Made by a program: the position numbers and the translations under genes
Origin: Macrostomum lignano
Lineage: Eukaryota
Assembly (NCBI GenBank): GCA_002269645.1
Contig: NIVC01002110.1
Coordinates: forward strand, 62,001 to 126,000
Length of the DNA: 64,000 nt
Reading direction: 5' to 3'
The notes under the pieces: generated by a model
What the model saw: the letters and a program-made list of their open reading frames with translations, nothing else
Databases searched by the model: none
Told to the model about the DNA's origin: nothing
Shown: positions 51,131 to 63,982 of the stretch, piece after piece
Numbering within the stretch: position 1 is the stretch's first letter
How the letters are laid out: every line of letters begins with the position of its first letter

Positions 51131-53008
51131 TTACACCGGAGATATTTTAGAGTCGGATTGGCAGACCTTCTCAAACCCTCCTTTTTCAACCGGGCTTGGG
51201 ACCGTCTTTGGCGGAGTTCCTGCTTTATATTGAAGGTATTGCCGTCGTCTCATAAAAAGTAGCGTCATAATAAAGATAAGTACTAACAGAGTCGTAGTAA
51301 AAGCTCCAAGGAGAAGCATGCTCAGCACATTCATCTTTTTAGGACTGGCACTTGTTTGCTCTTCTTCCGCAGCCGACTGGGCAGCCGCAAGCATCCAGTT
51401 GAGCACAGGTTGGCTCGAGTCTCCGCATCTGTTTCTGGCCGCATCCGGGAAGCTGATCAGAGCCGGAAGCTGCTCACTGCAGTCCGTAAAGCTCACCAGT
51501 CCGATTACCTCACCATTAATGGTAAGATTGACAGCTCTGAGCGAACCACAGGAGACTGAGGAGTTCATAGTCTCGACTACATGGTACCTGGAATTCAAGT
51601 GTCAGGAGTTGTGAAATTTGATTTAATTAGCGAGCCCATTGTTCTGACAGCAGATAAACGGCTATGCTCTCTAGTTAAGAAACTCACAGCTTATCAGCAT
51701 CCTGGAACTCAGCCATTTTGCACTCTTCTGCCCCGCAGTTCAGGTAGAAGACCTTCTTGGTCCTGTGCTCATAGAACAGTCCGATGCGAAGCCTCTGTGC
51801 GAGACTCAGCGGCTCCTTTATGCGGGTGCTCAGGCCGGAGCCGACGCGAGTTCGCTGGCCTGAAGCCGGTGTTCAAGTGGAGTGAAATTGTGCAAAAGTT
51901 AAGCTGTGCTGCCTACAATCCAAAGTAAACAGCGATGTTCAGTAGAGGACAAGAACTATTAATAGAACAAGAACTAAATTTATAAGCATTCTTGACGCGA
52001 AATTTTACTGTACTCGAAAAGATAGTTATAGACTTTAAGTTTAGTCAATGCATAAGTTCTAACATTTAACAGTAGAAATACCTCAGGGGATTTCTCAGGG
52101 AAACGCTCATACACACTGCCATCAAAGGAGCCATCAAATGTAATAGCTAATCAATTTACTACAATTTAATAGTAATAAGTAAACTATTTTTAAAAGCCAC
52201 CTCTTCACTCCAACTTACTCTCTGTGACAAAGTTCTGCAGAGCCTCCAAGCTGCTGAAGCTGGCGAGCCTCATGACTCCGCTGTCAGCGCTCATCGCAGT
52301 CAGCTCAGCAGTCAGGTTCCGACGAACCGATCCAGTGGTGTAGCAGTTGCTCTCAAAATTAGTCATGCTTCTGCCGCAGAATCCCGGCTCCATCAGGCGA
52401 ATTTGTAGACCCGGGATATTTGCTGAGCTTCTCCGATTCAGCCGGAATGAGACAGTCAGGTAGCTCCTACAGTTTGATGTACAGAGATTGGTTTCAATTA
52501 AGGTATGGATTTAAAAAATGGTGTCCAGCATCGGGCCAGCTCTATCGTACCCTTTCGTCAGTTGCAGCACGCGCAGCATCTCCAGCTCCACGGGCTTTGG
52601 CTCGCCTGTTGAAGGCGACGAGCAGGTCGCTGGAAATGCATTGGGATTCGTATTGACACATTAAGAATGAAAGCATTTGACCGGTTTTATAGAGTACCTG
52701 CTAGCAGTCAGCAGCATGGGTCAACAGCCACTGACTGCTTGTTCACAGTAATGGTTAGAACTGGAGGTCGAAACCAATATTACATGTATAATAAGTTTAA
52801 TTGTGCTCAGAGCGCTGCTTACAGTCCGAAGCCTTCGAGTGCAGTTCGTATCGCATCAGTTGATCCTGTGCAGCTGAATCCACAGATCGTGTCCACCTCT
52901 GCTGGCTTAGGTGCGCCTCCGTGTCAAAGCCAGTCAGAACCACAACGGCATTGTCAAGATGGTCATTCAGAATCTTCCATTTCATTCATTCAGGCACAGG
53001 ATCTCCAT
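51131..53008 (-). CDS. Single-pass membrane protein, possibly Ig/FN3-like ectodomain; exons 53008-52823, 52629-52551, 52466-52219, 51859-51688, 51587-51131; 5' end not found; in-frame TGA at 52988-52986
   Basis: All four introns are GT-AG with matching phases (exon lengths 186, 79, 248, 172). TM segment VLSMLLLGAFTTTLLVLIFIMTLLFM followed by RRRQY. GDPVPE*MKW resembles an Ig G-x-P-x-P-x-x-W strand (inference). Confidence 0.75.
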
Positions 53009-53467
53009 CTGTTTTAGGAATGATTCGATCTTCAATGAACTCAAGTTTTAGACTGAGCTAGAACTCATTGGTGTTGCTGCGCGGATAGCAGTACCGGTTG
53101 CCTGCCAGAGCTCTGTGGATAAGAATGGGCGGGAAAGTAGATTTGCTGTGGTAAATTTAGAGTTGAAAGTTATTGCAGACGCACCCTATTTATGATCTTA
53201 GGTTAGATAGGCAAAAATGTTAAATACTTAGTTTTGTGGCACTGCGGTGAGTAGTTAAGATATTTTAGAAATGAAAGAAATGACATCGAAATTTTGGGGA
53301 AATTGTTCTTTGGCTTATTTCAAGGATCAAATTAGATTCTAAGTCCATAAATGCATTCAATCATTCAAATACATGTTTAACTTTACAGTGTCAACCTCGC
53401 AATCCTCGAAGCCCTCACTCTAGAAGAACAGCTCGGAGAGGACAACCCGACAAAGGACGGCGACCCA

Positions 53468-53742
53468 ATAAGTGACACCCCCAATCAGTATGATGACCCA
53501 ATCAGTATGACACCCCAATCAGTATGATGACCCAATCAGTATGACACCCCCAATCAGTATGATGACCCAATCAGTATGACACCCCAATCAGTGACACCCC
53601 AATCAGTATGATGACCCAATCAGTATGACACCCTAATCAGTATGACACCCCAATCAGTATGACACCCCAATCAGTATGACACCCTAATCAGTATGACACC
53701 CCAATCAGTATGACACCCCAATCAGTATGACACCCAATCAGT
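53468..53742. repeat. 17-bp minisatellite (ACACCCCAATCAGTATG)
   Basis: Read directly. Confidence 0.93.
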
Positions 53743-54309
53743 ATTTCAGGCAAATCGATAGGTAGTACAACGGTGCTATCTAGCTACTTCCGGAGCAGCG
53801 AGTTCTATTTCTAGGAACATCTTCAAGAACTCGGGAAGCAGCGTAACATAGGAGTGGGAGTCTATGCGTGCGCACTTCGTTGTCGCCCAGTAACGGCAGT
53901 AAGATACCTACTGTAGTAGCATGTCAGTCAGGGAAGAGAAGCAGAGGATGCACGCTGTGCTGTACAAAAAAGAGAACTTCAGTTTTTTTCCAAGAATTGA
54001 ATTTTTTATAGTTATTTCGACAAGTTGTGAAATAGCTCGTAATTAATAGACTACATTTAGTTCACCTCAAAGCACTTATCTACAAGCATGGAACATTGGG
54101 TCTAGCTGAATGTCTAAGGCAAGGAATTAAAAGTTAATATATCAACCACTATCTTAGTTTAGTTCAACAACTGCAAGCTAAGTGTAATGTTAGTGCACAA
54201 ACAGCATAAATTCCATCGCACTCATTTTGTCGCTCTGACTGGCAGACATCTTTCGCTAGAATTTTAGGTTATGTTTCAAATTTCACAGATTTTACATTAT
54301 TTCTCAGGT

Positions 54310-54485
54310 CTCACATTCCTGAGATTTCACATTTCCCAGATTTCACGTTCCCCAGATTTCACGTTCCCCAGATTTTACATTTTCCAGATTTTAAATTTCC
54401 CAGATTTCACGTTCCCCAGATTTCACATTCCCCAGATTTTACATTTTCCAGATTTCACAATTCCAAATTCTACATTTCCCAAATT
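54310..54485. repeat. Degenerate ~17-bp repeat (TTCCCAGATTT(T/C)AC..)
   Basis: Read directly. Confidence 0.8.
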
Positions 54486-55822
54486 TCCTCGGCATCGCAA
54501 GGAAACAACAACAAGATACGCTGACAGAGTCCTTTGACGGTAGCGGCACAAGTCGCAAAGGAAGGCCACGCCGCCGACCGAATCCGGGTTGCCAGCGTCA
54601 GCCAGCAGGCTGGAGACAAGGCGCAAACCCACAATATATGGGACTGCCTGATTGTGCCAGCCGCTCTCACCCCATGTACGCAAGGCGAACCCCAGAGCCA
54701 TTTTTTAGCAACACGTCTGTAGAGTGCCATCTGCATGTGCAAGTACTAGGGTTTGATTTTCCTGTTATCTTCTGCTTGCAAAGACTTTCAAAGAAAGACT
54801 TTCAAACACACTGGCTTCTAAAGGCCCTATTATGAGTGCGAAGCTCGCATCTTAGAATTCGCAGTACCGAATATTATTCAAAGCAGGGTATTTGATCTAG
54901 TCAACGAGAATGTATAGACGCAATGCAAAAAAATGAATAGTAGCTCAGGCAGTTTCTCTCTGTGCTGTTGTTAAGGCAACCATCTACCCACCGCCCCTTA
55001 AAGCATTTTGCCGCGAGTCTTCTGTCACGCGTTCGCAGGCTGCTGGCTTGGCCCGGAAACCTCTTTTAAGCGCTTTTCCAGTGCTTACAGTTATGAAAAT
55101 AATATTCAAAGCTGAAAATGATATCGCAAACAAGTTTTGAAACGGGGTATACTTAGTTAATGTTTTTCTTACTAATCTGAGGATTAAATGATCAGGGCGT
55201 GGCCAGGGAGGGGGGCAAAGGGACCCGGCTCTCCAAAAAGGCTGTCAAAAATAATGGCTGATTTCCCGCTGACTTGGCGGCCCTTCAAAGCAGGTTTGGC
55301 GCCTCTGATCTCAATTCTAGCAGTTCTCCAACAGCCACCTACTTTGGCCCCATCAACAGCCTCTTTGGTCGCATATGAAACTTATGCACGAATATGAATT
55401 ATTCAAAAGTTCGAATTCCTTTCGAAATCCTTTGAAAAGACACTAGGGCAAATAAAGTTTTCTTACACACGTCTTTGCAATATAAAACTTTTCTAATCAA
55501 TTAAGAATAAGATTTTTTATTTATCGCTTTCTTTGAAAACATAACTCATAAGAATAAAATATTAAGCATAAGAGTCATGCCTTGCAGTCTTTTGCTGAGC
55601 CAAACTGTCACTCTATAATGATGGAACTAAATATTTGAATATGCGTAGATGAACTTTGCTTTTGTATTTAGTTACTCTTGAGACTACAAAAACAATTTTA
55701 CTTCGTACTTGGGGACTATAAAGTATAACTTGTTTTAACTAATTGTTTTACTTAAATGAATAAAAATTTATCAAGTAGCTCATAACAACAACACAACAAT
55801 ATACGCGGCCCCGCAATCAAAG

Positions 55823-56515
55823 TCAGGGAGCAGGGTGCGTCAGATGGCGGCGCAGGATGGTGGACGGGCGCTGCAGCTTGGCCCGATTGTACAGGGCCTC
55901 GGTCCCGACGCTCTTGTCAGCTCGAAATGCCGCACGGAGCAGCCCTGAATGCGCCAAGTCCAGCTGCCGCTCCAGCGTAGCCGTCAAGTGTCCACGTCTC
56001 GGCGTTGTAGAGCAGGACGGTTTCGACCACCGCCTGCCACAGCCGAGCCCTCGAACGGAAGGCCGCCCGGGCAAGTCCTCGGCGCCGCCGGAGGTCTTCG
56101 TTCACGTGAGGCACCAAACCGCCGAGGTAGGTGAACCGCCTGGCAGCGTGCGAGCGTGGTCGTCTGCCCGTCTGCGAAGCGGCCTGTCAGGTCCGCTGGG
56201 ATGTCGGCTGGCACAGTCAGCACCTCGGTCTTCAGCGTGTTGACAACCAGTCCGACGCTCGATGCCACCTCGACCAACCTGTCGATCTGGCGCTGGGCGC
56301 CTTCAACGGACGAGGACAGGAGGGCGAGGTCGTCGGCGTAGCCAAGCACGCTATAAGGCGCTTTTCGCCGTGGCGGCGACCGATGCGTCTGCGCAGCAGG
56401 AAGCCGTCATTTGCCGAGGGGAGTGCGGTCCGAAAGCACCCAGTCCAACAGCGGCACGAAGAGAAACGGCGCCAAAGTCTCGCCCTGCAGAACTCCTGAT
56501 GAAGTGTCGAACGGA
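55823..56515 (-). mobile_element. Truncated non-LTR retrotransposon RT fragment (RTE/RTEX-like)
   Basis: SSGVLQGETLAPFLFV, LGYADDLALLSSS, GLVVNTLKTEVL, FTYLGG, AVVETVLLYNAETWT across several frameshifts. Confidence 0.9.
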
Positions 56516-57500
56516 TGATGATGTAATCGCCCTAGTGAGCTGTCTTCTCATGGGGGAAGGATCAGATGGTATGACTATAGGGATGGGCTGCCAGCAGTCT
56601 ATGATCAGGCTATGACCGACAGATCGCCTTCAAGTTGTCCCGCCCATTATTGATAGCTTTTGGTAGTGCTATATTAGAGACCAGGGGTAAGGACTCATAT
56701 GTGCCCCATCGATAGCTAAGGTGCAAATATTGATCATCGGGTTATTGCATGACCCACTGGCTGCCACCACTCTGTGACCTGGCGAACCTGGATCTACGGT
56801 ATGACCAGACCTGGCGAGGCCAGAGCCCCGCCTAGGATGGGTATCAAGGGTTTGAGCTAGCGGGAAGCAGCATGCAGCCAAATAATGGGACTCTGTTTGG
56901 GCACAAATCGGGAACTCCGGGATCATACTGAAGGATTTTTAGCAGAGGGGTCCTACAGTAGGAATACCAAGCCATTTTTCCGCCCCTCGAACTACCAAGG
57001 AGGGGGGAAATTTCCCCCCCCCCTGACAATTTTTTTTGCTGCGCCGGAACGGAGCAACGCAGGCACACGAAATTCAAGAACACGGGCTAACTTTTTGTTG
57101 CGCACCTTCTCAAACAAGAATCAAGTCGCCAGCCCTCCGGACCGTCGAGATATTCGACGATTCTGCCAGAAGGTCGGATTTTTCCCATAAGCGCTAGTGT
57201 ATTCAGTACACCCCTGTGCGCCAATCAGCACTGCGCCTCAGTGCAGCCTTGCCAAGTCTCCAAATTTCATCAGCACGTCGACCACATGTGTCTGCATCAG
57301 TTCTGACTTCGTTGGTCACTAGCCTTCACCCAGGTGGAGCTTCTGGACCCTCAACAGCTGTGGCACCGGGTGACTATGGACACCCTGATGCGGATTTCTC
57401 TAGTTTCGTCGATCAAGCCTCGACAGTGGGCAAGAATCAACCGTCAGACATTCTCAGCTAGTCTTTCAAGCATTCCGTCATCATCCCGACGCCGTCGAAT

Positions 57501-57804
57501 CGGACATTGCTATATTTAAGCTTTAACTCATGTTGCTGTATATTTTTATTATTAATATTACACATACTTTTATACATACAAGCTACATACATATTTTATT
57601 TGACAAGCTGTTTAGTTTATTCAACTATAATATTGAACCCAATTTTTATGCAGAAAGGGTTACGCTTTTAAAAAATGAAAAAACCAAAATTTTTTTTGCG
57701 TGCCAGTAAATTCAATCGGTTTTTTTCGGTGTGTATAAAAGTATGTGTAATAATAATATAAATATACAGCAACATGAGTTCAAGCCTAAATATAGCAATG
57801 TCCG
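57501..57804. mobile_element. Nested small MITE-like palindrome
   Basis: ~75-bp inverted arms CGGACATTGCTATATTTA...CACATACTTTTATA and their reverse complement at about 57733-57804. Confidence 0.7.
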
Positions 57805-57869
57805 TGCTGAAAAAATTTTGAGAGCTTCAGAAATGTCAAGCGCATGATGAAAAATCACGCTCAGGTGTC

Positions 57870-58506
57870 CTTACTCACCTGGTGCCACCTGTTGAAGATG
57901 CCGACGGCGTCGGGGTGATGACTGAAGGCTCGAGAGACTAGCTGAGAATGTCCGGCAGTTGAGGTTTGCCCATTATTGAAGCTTGATAAGAAAAACCTGA
58001 CATATTTGCAACAGGATGTCCGTAGTCACCTGGTGCCACCTGTTGAAGGTGCCGACGGCGTCGGTGTGATGGCTGAATGCTTGACTGACTAGCTGAGGAT
58101 GTCCAGCAGTTGAGGTTTGCCCATTACTGAAGCTTGATAAGAAAAACCTGACATATTTGCAACAGGATGTCCGTAGTCACCTGGTGCCACCTGTTGAAGG
58201 TGCCGACGGCGTCGGGGTGATGACTGAAGGCTCGAGAGACTAGCTGAGAATGTCCGGCAGTTGAGGTTTGCCCATTACTGAAGCTTGATAAGAAAAATCT
58301 GACATATTTGCAACAGGATGTCCGTAGTCACCTGGTGCCACCTGTTGAAGGTGCCGACGGCGTCGGTGTGATGGCTGAATGCTTGAAAGACTAGCTGAGG
58401 ATGTCCAGCAGTTGAGGTTTGCCCATTATTGAAGCTTGATAAGAAAAACCTGACATATTTGCAACAGGATGTCCGTAGTCACCTGGTGCCACCTGTTGAA
58501 GGTGCC
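57870..58506. repeat. 151-bp tandem repeat, ~4 copies, continuous with the right foldback arm
   Basis: CACCTGGTGCCACCTGTTGAAG recurs about every 151 bp (about 57876, 58027, 58178, 58329, 58480). Confidence 0.93.
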
Positions 58507-59129
58507 GACGGCGTCGGGATGATGACGGAATGCTTGAAAGACTAGCTGAGAATGTCTGACGGTTGATTCTTGCCCACTGTCGAGGCTTGATCGACGAAAC
58601 TAGAGAAATCCGCATCAGGGTGTCCATAGTCACCCGGTGCCACAGCTGTTGAGGGTCCAGAAGCTCCACCTGGGTGAAGGCTAGTGACCAACGAAGTCAG
58701 AACTGATGCAGACACATGTGGTCGACGTGCTGATGAAATTTGGAGACTTGGCAAGGCTGCACTGAGGCGCAGTGCTGATTGGCGCACAGGGGTGTACTGA
58801 ATACACTAGCGCTTATGGGAAAAATCCGACCTTCTGGCAGAATCGTCGAATATCTCGACGGTCCGGAGGGCTGGCGACTTGATTCTTGTTTGAGAAGGTG
58901 CGCAACAAAAAGTTAGCCCGTGTTCTTGAATTTCGTGTGCCTGCGTTGCTCCGTTCCGGCGCAGCAAAAAAAATTGTCAGGGGGGAGAAATTTCCCCCCC
59001 CCTTGGTAGTTCTACTGTTAAGGCTGTGATGACATGGTTCAGATTGCAAAGAGCAGTGTATATAGAGAACACGTAGAACAGCTATACATGTACATCTAGT
59101 TTGGATTGATCAATGGGTTCGGGCCTGGC

Positions 59130-59345
59130 CCCTCATATGAAAGGTTTTCCTCTCCACATGGAGCACCAGATATAATGAACCACTGCTGGCAGCGTGCGTC
59201 TGCGCCGTGGCATGTCAGGTCTGCTGTGACGTCAGCAGACACAGTCAGCATCTCGGTCTTCAATATGCTGACAACGCTTGAACCCACCTCTTTCTGTGCT
59301 TTCCACAGACGAGGAAAATTAGAGGTCGCAGGTCGCCAGCGTTGC
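59130..59345 (-). pseudogene. Second, more decayed fragment of the same RTE-type RT
   Basis: VSILKTEMLTVSADVTADLT is similar to VVNTLKTEVLTVPADIPADLT at about 56200-56250. Confidence 0.65.
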
Positions 59346-59779
59346 CAAACAAGCTCAGGTGTTTTTAGCTAATAAAATGCACGAAGAAATCACTCTCCAT
59401 ATCAGCATTCGGGGTGTGCCATGAAGCTCACAGATGTTCAAATGAAAAGATATTTTTGGTGTAAAGTCTACTAAGATGTTATATTGCAAAAATTACTTTT
59501 AGTTTAATTTTTAAAAGATTTTCCTTGCTGTAGTATGCATTTGATTTAGGTTCGTGGAACTGAACGGGGAACCGAAAATCCCGTCATTAATGTGCATCTA
59601 TTATGGTTCCCGGTTTGTCTTCATAGTTACTATTTTTACCCTATTTCACACCCCTTATTGCATTCTCTCGAACTCTCGAACAGTCATACTGTTGCAACAC
59701 CGGTATATCAGGTCCATCAGCGCACGTTTGCTGACTCTCTTCGTTTTCACATAATTTCACATGTTCTTTATTATCAAAT

Positions 59780-60291
59780 ACAAGCTGTTGAAGCTAGTTT
59801 GTCTATGGCTCAAACTTCCACTTTCGGTTTCAGCCTCCAACTAACTGTGGGCCTATGGAGTCTATAGTCTATTTTTAAACCCATTTACCCTCTCTGGGCC
59901 GAGACCGGGAAAGAGGCAGGCGGAGGTTGAGGTGGCTGCATGTCTCGCTGACAAAAAACAGCCTAACTTTAAAAGTGCACAGCGCCGTGTCAGGATTAAC
60001 TTTGAGACTCAAAATTTTACACGGTTGTGTCAAAATAGTTGAAAATTGATTGTGACAAATTTAAAGAGGATTGACAAAACTGGAGCGGCGCTATGGAGGA
60101 TTTAGTGAAGAGTTGTTTTTTGCACTTTTAGGTAGGAAGACTAAAATTTAGGAAATTTTAAGGTAGCCTATGACATTCTCCGTAGTGAGTTTAGGGTGGG
60201 TGCAAAATTTGGTGTCATTTGGTTGAGCGGTTTGGGAGTCCATAGCAAAGTAATTTGTACACAGACACAGAGTTTTGATTTTTATGTGTAT
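59780..60291 (+). mobile_element. HINE/DINE-1-like interspersed repeat, copy 1
   Basis: Starts ACAAGCTGTTGAA and ends ACAGAC(A)-GAGTTTTGATTTTTAT; closely similar to 63585-63982. A terminal ACAG microsatellite is typical of DINE-like elements (family call is inference). Confidence 0.55.
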
Positions 60292-60489
60292 ACAAGCTGT
60301 TGAAACCCGCGGATTTTAACCCGGGGAATTTCAATCCCTGGAACTATTTTTGCATGTACTCGTATGTCGTATTCTAAAATCTGAGGTCAAACTCAAACAA
60401 AAACTTGTTAATAGTTAGGTTAGAATTAAACATAAAATAGAGTACATTCGTGAAAAATTAGGATTTGAGGAAAACATTTATATTGTTGG

Positions 60490-61656
60490 CTGGGGTGCTG
60501 CGAACAGGCAAACTCTGGCCTCTGCCTCTCCTTATGTCCCTTGGATCCTTAGAAACTTCGATTTTCTCTTCTGTTTCCTCTCCTCTCTCGTCTCTGTCTC
60601 TATCTCTCTCCTCTATCCCCTATTCTCTCGTCTATTCCCTCTCCCCTCTATTCTTTTATCCCTCCTCTCCTCCTCTCTACTCTGTACTCTCTCCTCTCTC
60701 TCCTTCTCCTCTCATCTCTTCTCTTCTTTCCTCTCTCCTCTCTCCTCTCTTCTATCGTCTCTTCCCTCACCTCTCTTCTCTCTCGTCTTTGCTCTCTTAT
60801 CTATCTCTTCTTTCTCTTCTTTTATCTTTTCTCTCTTCTCTCTTCTCATTCTTTCTGCATGTTCTCTCCTCTCTCTTTCCCTCTCTCGCTCCTCTCTCTC
60901 TCCCTCTCTCTCCTCTCATCTCTCTGCTCTCTCCTGTCCCATCTCTCTTTCTCCTCTAATCTCTCCCCTGTTTCCTCTCCTCTCTCGTCCTTTCTCCTCT
61001 TTCCCCTGTCCTCTCGGTTCTCTCCCCTCCCCTCCTCTCTCCTCACTCACTTCTCTCTCCCTTGTCTCCCCTCTCATCTCTTATTTCTATCCTTTTTTCT
61101 CTCCACTCTCCCATCTCTCGTCTGTTCACTCCCGTCTCTGGTCTCTCATCTCCCCTCTCTCATCTGCCATCTTTACTCTCTTATACTCGTATGTTTTCTC
61201 ACCTCTCTCATCTGTACTCTTCTCTTTCCCCTCTTTTGACTCCTCTCTTTCCTTTCTCCTTTTTCCCTTCTCTTCTCTTCCCTCTTCTATTCTCTCCCTC
61301 TCTTGTCTTCTCTCTTCTCTCTTCACTCTCCTCTCTCCTCTCATATATCGCGTTCACTCTCATCTTTGCTCTCTACCCCTCTCTCTTCTGTCATCTTTAC
61401 TCTCCACTCTCCTGTGTACTCTTCTCTTTCCCCTCTACTGAATCCTCTCTTCTTACTCCTCTTCTCTTCCCTCTTCTATACTCTCTCCCCTCTATTCTCT
61501 TCTCTTGTCTCTGCACTCTGCTCTCTCTTCCTTCATCTCTCATCTCTACTCTCTCATCTTTCCTTTCATCTCTCTCATCTCCACAATCTCATCTATTTCC
61601 TCTCTCCTCTTCTTCCCTTTACTCTATCATCTCTCCTTTCTCCTCTCTTCTTTCTC

Positions 61657-61726
<70 letters not shown>

Positions 61727-62113
61727 TCTTATCTCCTCTCTTCTCACTCCTCTCTACCTTTCTCTCCCCTCCTATCTACTCTCTGTTCTCTATTCTCTTC
61801 TGACTCTTCTCTACTCTCCTCTCTCATCGATCCTCTGTCTCATCTCTCCCCTCTTCTCTCTTCCTCTTCTCTCCTCTACTCTTTCCTCTCCCTCCTGTCT
61901 CCCCTCCTCTCGCTTCCTCCTCCCATATTCTCTGCTCTCTCCTCGTCCTCACCCCACTCGTCTCCCCTGTTATCTTATATATTTTCTCTTACCCCCCTCT
62001 CGCCCTTCCTCTCTTTCTAATAGTCTATTCCTTTTCTTTTTCACTCTCATCTGGCCCGCAGCCATGAGTTGGATTCTTTATCTGGCCTTTGAGTTAAAAA
62101 TCTACCGATCCCT
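60490..62113. repeat. Long CT-rich low-complexity tract, probably inside a decayed hAT-like MITE
   Basis: Right end CTGGCCCGCA...TATCTGGCC...CCCTG (62050-62113) parallels the right end of 694-1150; the left end is degenerate. Confidence 0.6.
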
Positions 62114-63584
62114 GCTTCGAAAGCCAGTTTGTGGGACGGTACTATCATGGTTATCATTTCTCATGCTTTAATCACGTCACCTTTCTGGCCAATTAGCAGC
62201 CCTGAGAGGAATTTGTGTATCTCCAGCTCCACCACCCAGTCTGCACTCTGCAGCAGTCTAACAACCAAGGAAATACGCATTTCTTAGGAGTCATTTAAAT
62301 TTTAAAGTTACCCTTTGCGAAACTTAATGTTAAAAGCTTCATGGTGTAACTAATTGAGTAGTATTGCATTGTAATAAGTTATTCATTAATTTTTCGCTAT
62401 TTTTACAAACCATCCCGCATCGCCTTGATTTGCCTGTTTGCCATCTACTATTAAACTGCTGCAGACTTGTGTCTATACAGAGGACAGTGGTTTGAATCTC
62501 TCACTGAAACTGTCTCTCCTCTCCACGCCTCTCCACTCGCGCGGGGGTGCAGAGAAGGCTATTAAAAAGTTATTCCAAAACACTGTACATTCGCTATGTA
62601 CATTGAGCCCTATCGCCTGACCATAGATAAAGTATACCTTATCTATGCGCCTGACCCTTCGTCTGGCTCTGGGGGAATGAGTGAGTGAGTGGCACAAACA
62701 ACAGAAAAAGCAGACAAACTTCACATGCTTACAGTTTCTTTTTCGGTTGAGTTACAGAGTTGAAACTTTACATTTAGATAGAGAATGAGTCAATGAAGAA
62801 TTGTGTCAAGTTTGAAGTCAATCGCTTTACGTGGAGCAAACTTATGGCAGCTGAAAGTTAGTCAATTTTGAAACCCTTTTACACATCTGGGCCCAGATCG
62901 GTATCGGGAAAGAGAGGCGGGCGGGCGGAGGTTGGGGTGGTTTCGTTTCTTAGAATAGTTTTTTTGAAGGCCGGTCGTTAGCGCAAAAAATACACTACAT
63001 AGATGAAAGTCTTACTTGAGCAGTTACATCGCGGGAAAATATTCCAAATCTCCACAACCGTCTTCGGCACCATCAAAGTGCGCATCCTCGTCGAAGTCTT
63101 CGCATCCGTCTTCGTCGGTGAGCTCCTCCTCAACCGCGGCACTGTTGGCATCGAGCCAGCGCCGATCGCTACTACCAATATCGTAACAATCTGATTCGGC
63201 ATCATCCAAATCTTCAGCTGCCGCGTCGTCTGATTCAAAATCAAAGGCTGGGCCGGCATCGTCCAGACCGGTCCCTGCTGAGGAGGGGCCTGGGCAGAGC
63301 TACCTGTGTTGTCTGCTTCCTCTGTGCTATGTGATGTTCCTGCTTCAGCCGCATTGCTTTGCCTTGTAGATCTCCATCGTCTAGCTGCAGCAGTGAAACG
63401 ACCCAATGCGCTTTTCTTTGGGGGCATTTGAATTTTAAAGTGCCTTTAAATAGGACTTAGTGTTACAAATTCTATTTTGTGTGACTAATTCAGGAATCAG
63501 GATTGCATCGTATCGCTTTTTGTACCACAGACAACTATGCTAGTCTTATCGATTGCCATCTTCCTCATCCAAGAAAGAAAGAAA

Positions 63585-63982
63585 GGCAGGCGGGCGGAGG
63601 TTGGGGTGGCTGTCTCGCTGAAAAAAACAGCCAAACTTTAAAAGTGCACAGCGCCGTTCAGGATTAACTTTGAGACTCGAAATTTTACACGATTGTGTCA
63701 AAATAGTTGAAAATTGATTGTGTCAAATTTGAAGAGGATCGGTAGAAGTGGAGCGGCGCTATGGAGGATTAAGTGAAAAAATCGCGCATTTTGAGCAGTT
63801 TTTTGTACTTTTAGGTAGGAAGACTCAAATTTAGGAAATTTAAAGGTAGCCTAAGACATTCTCCGTAGTAAGTTTAGGGTGGGTGTAAAGTTTGGTGTAA
63901 TTTGGTTGAGCGGTTTGGGAGTCCATAGCGAAGTAATTTGTCCACAGACAGACAGACAGAGTTTTGATTTTTATAGGTAGAG
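63585..63982 (+). mobile_element. HINE/DINE-1-like interspersed repeat, copy 2
   Basis: Similar to 59915-60291; (ACAG)4 near the 3' end; a short third fragment lies at about 62880-62941. Confidence 0.55.

Larger units (their letters stand above)
56989..59012. mobile_element. Foldback-type non-autonomous DNA element with ~507-bp inverted arms
   Basis: 56989-57496 is the near-perfect reverse complement of 58507-59012 (termini GAACTACCAAGG / CCTTGGTAGTTC). The interior has a nested palindrome and 151-bp tandem repeats. Confidence 0.92.

Noticed and set aside
53390-54750. GC-richer patches at about 53390-53470, 53760-53930 and 54490-54720 as exons
   Set aside because: Could not be linked in phase to any gene; no recognisable motifs.
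55193-55380. CAGGGCGTGGCCAGG as a hAT MITE left end
   Set aside because: No matching right TIR or TSD found.
56560-56900. Possible LINE 5' UTR with an HDV-like ribozyme
   Set aside because: Could not build the P1/P2/P3 nested pseudoknot; the LINE is truncated within RT at about 56515.
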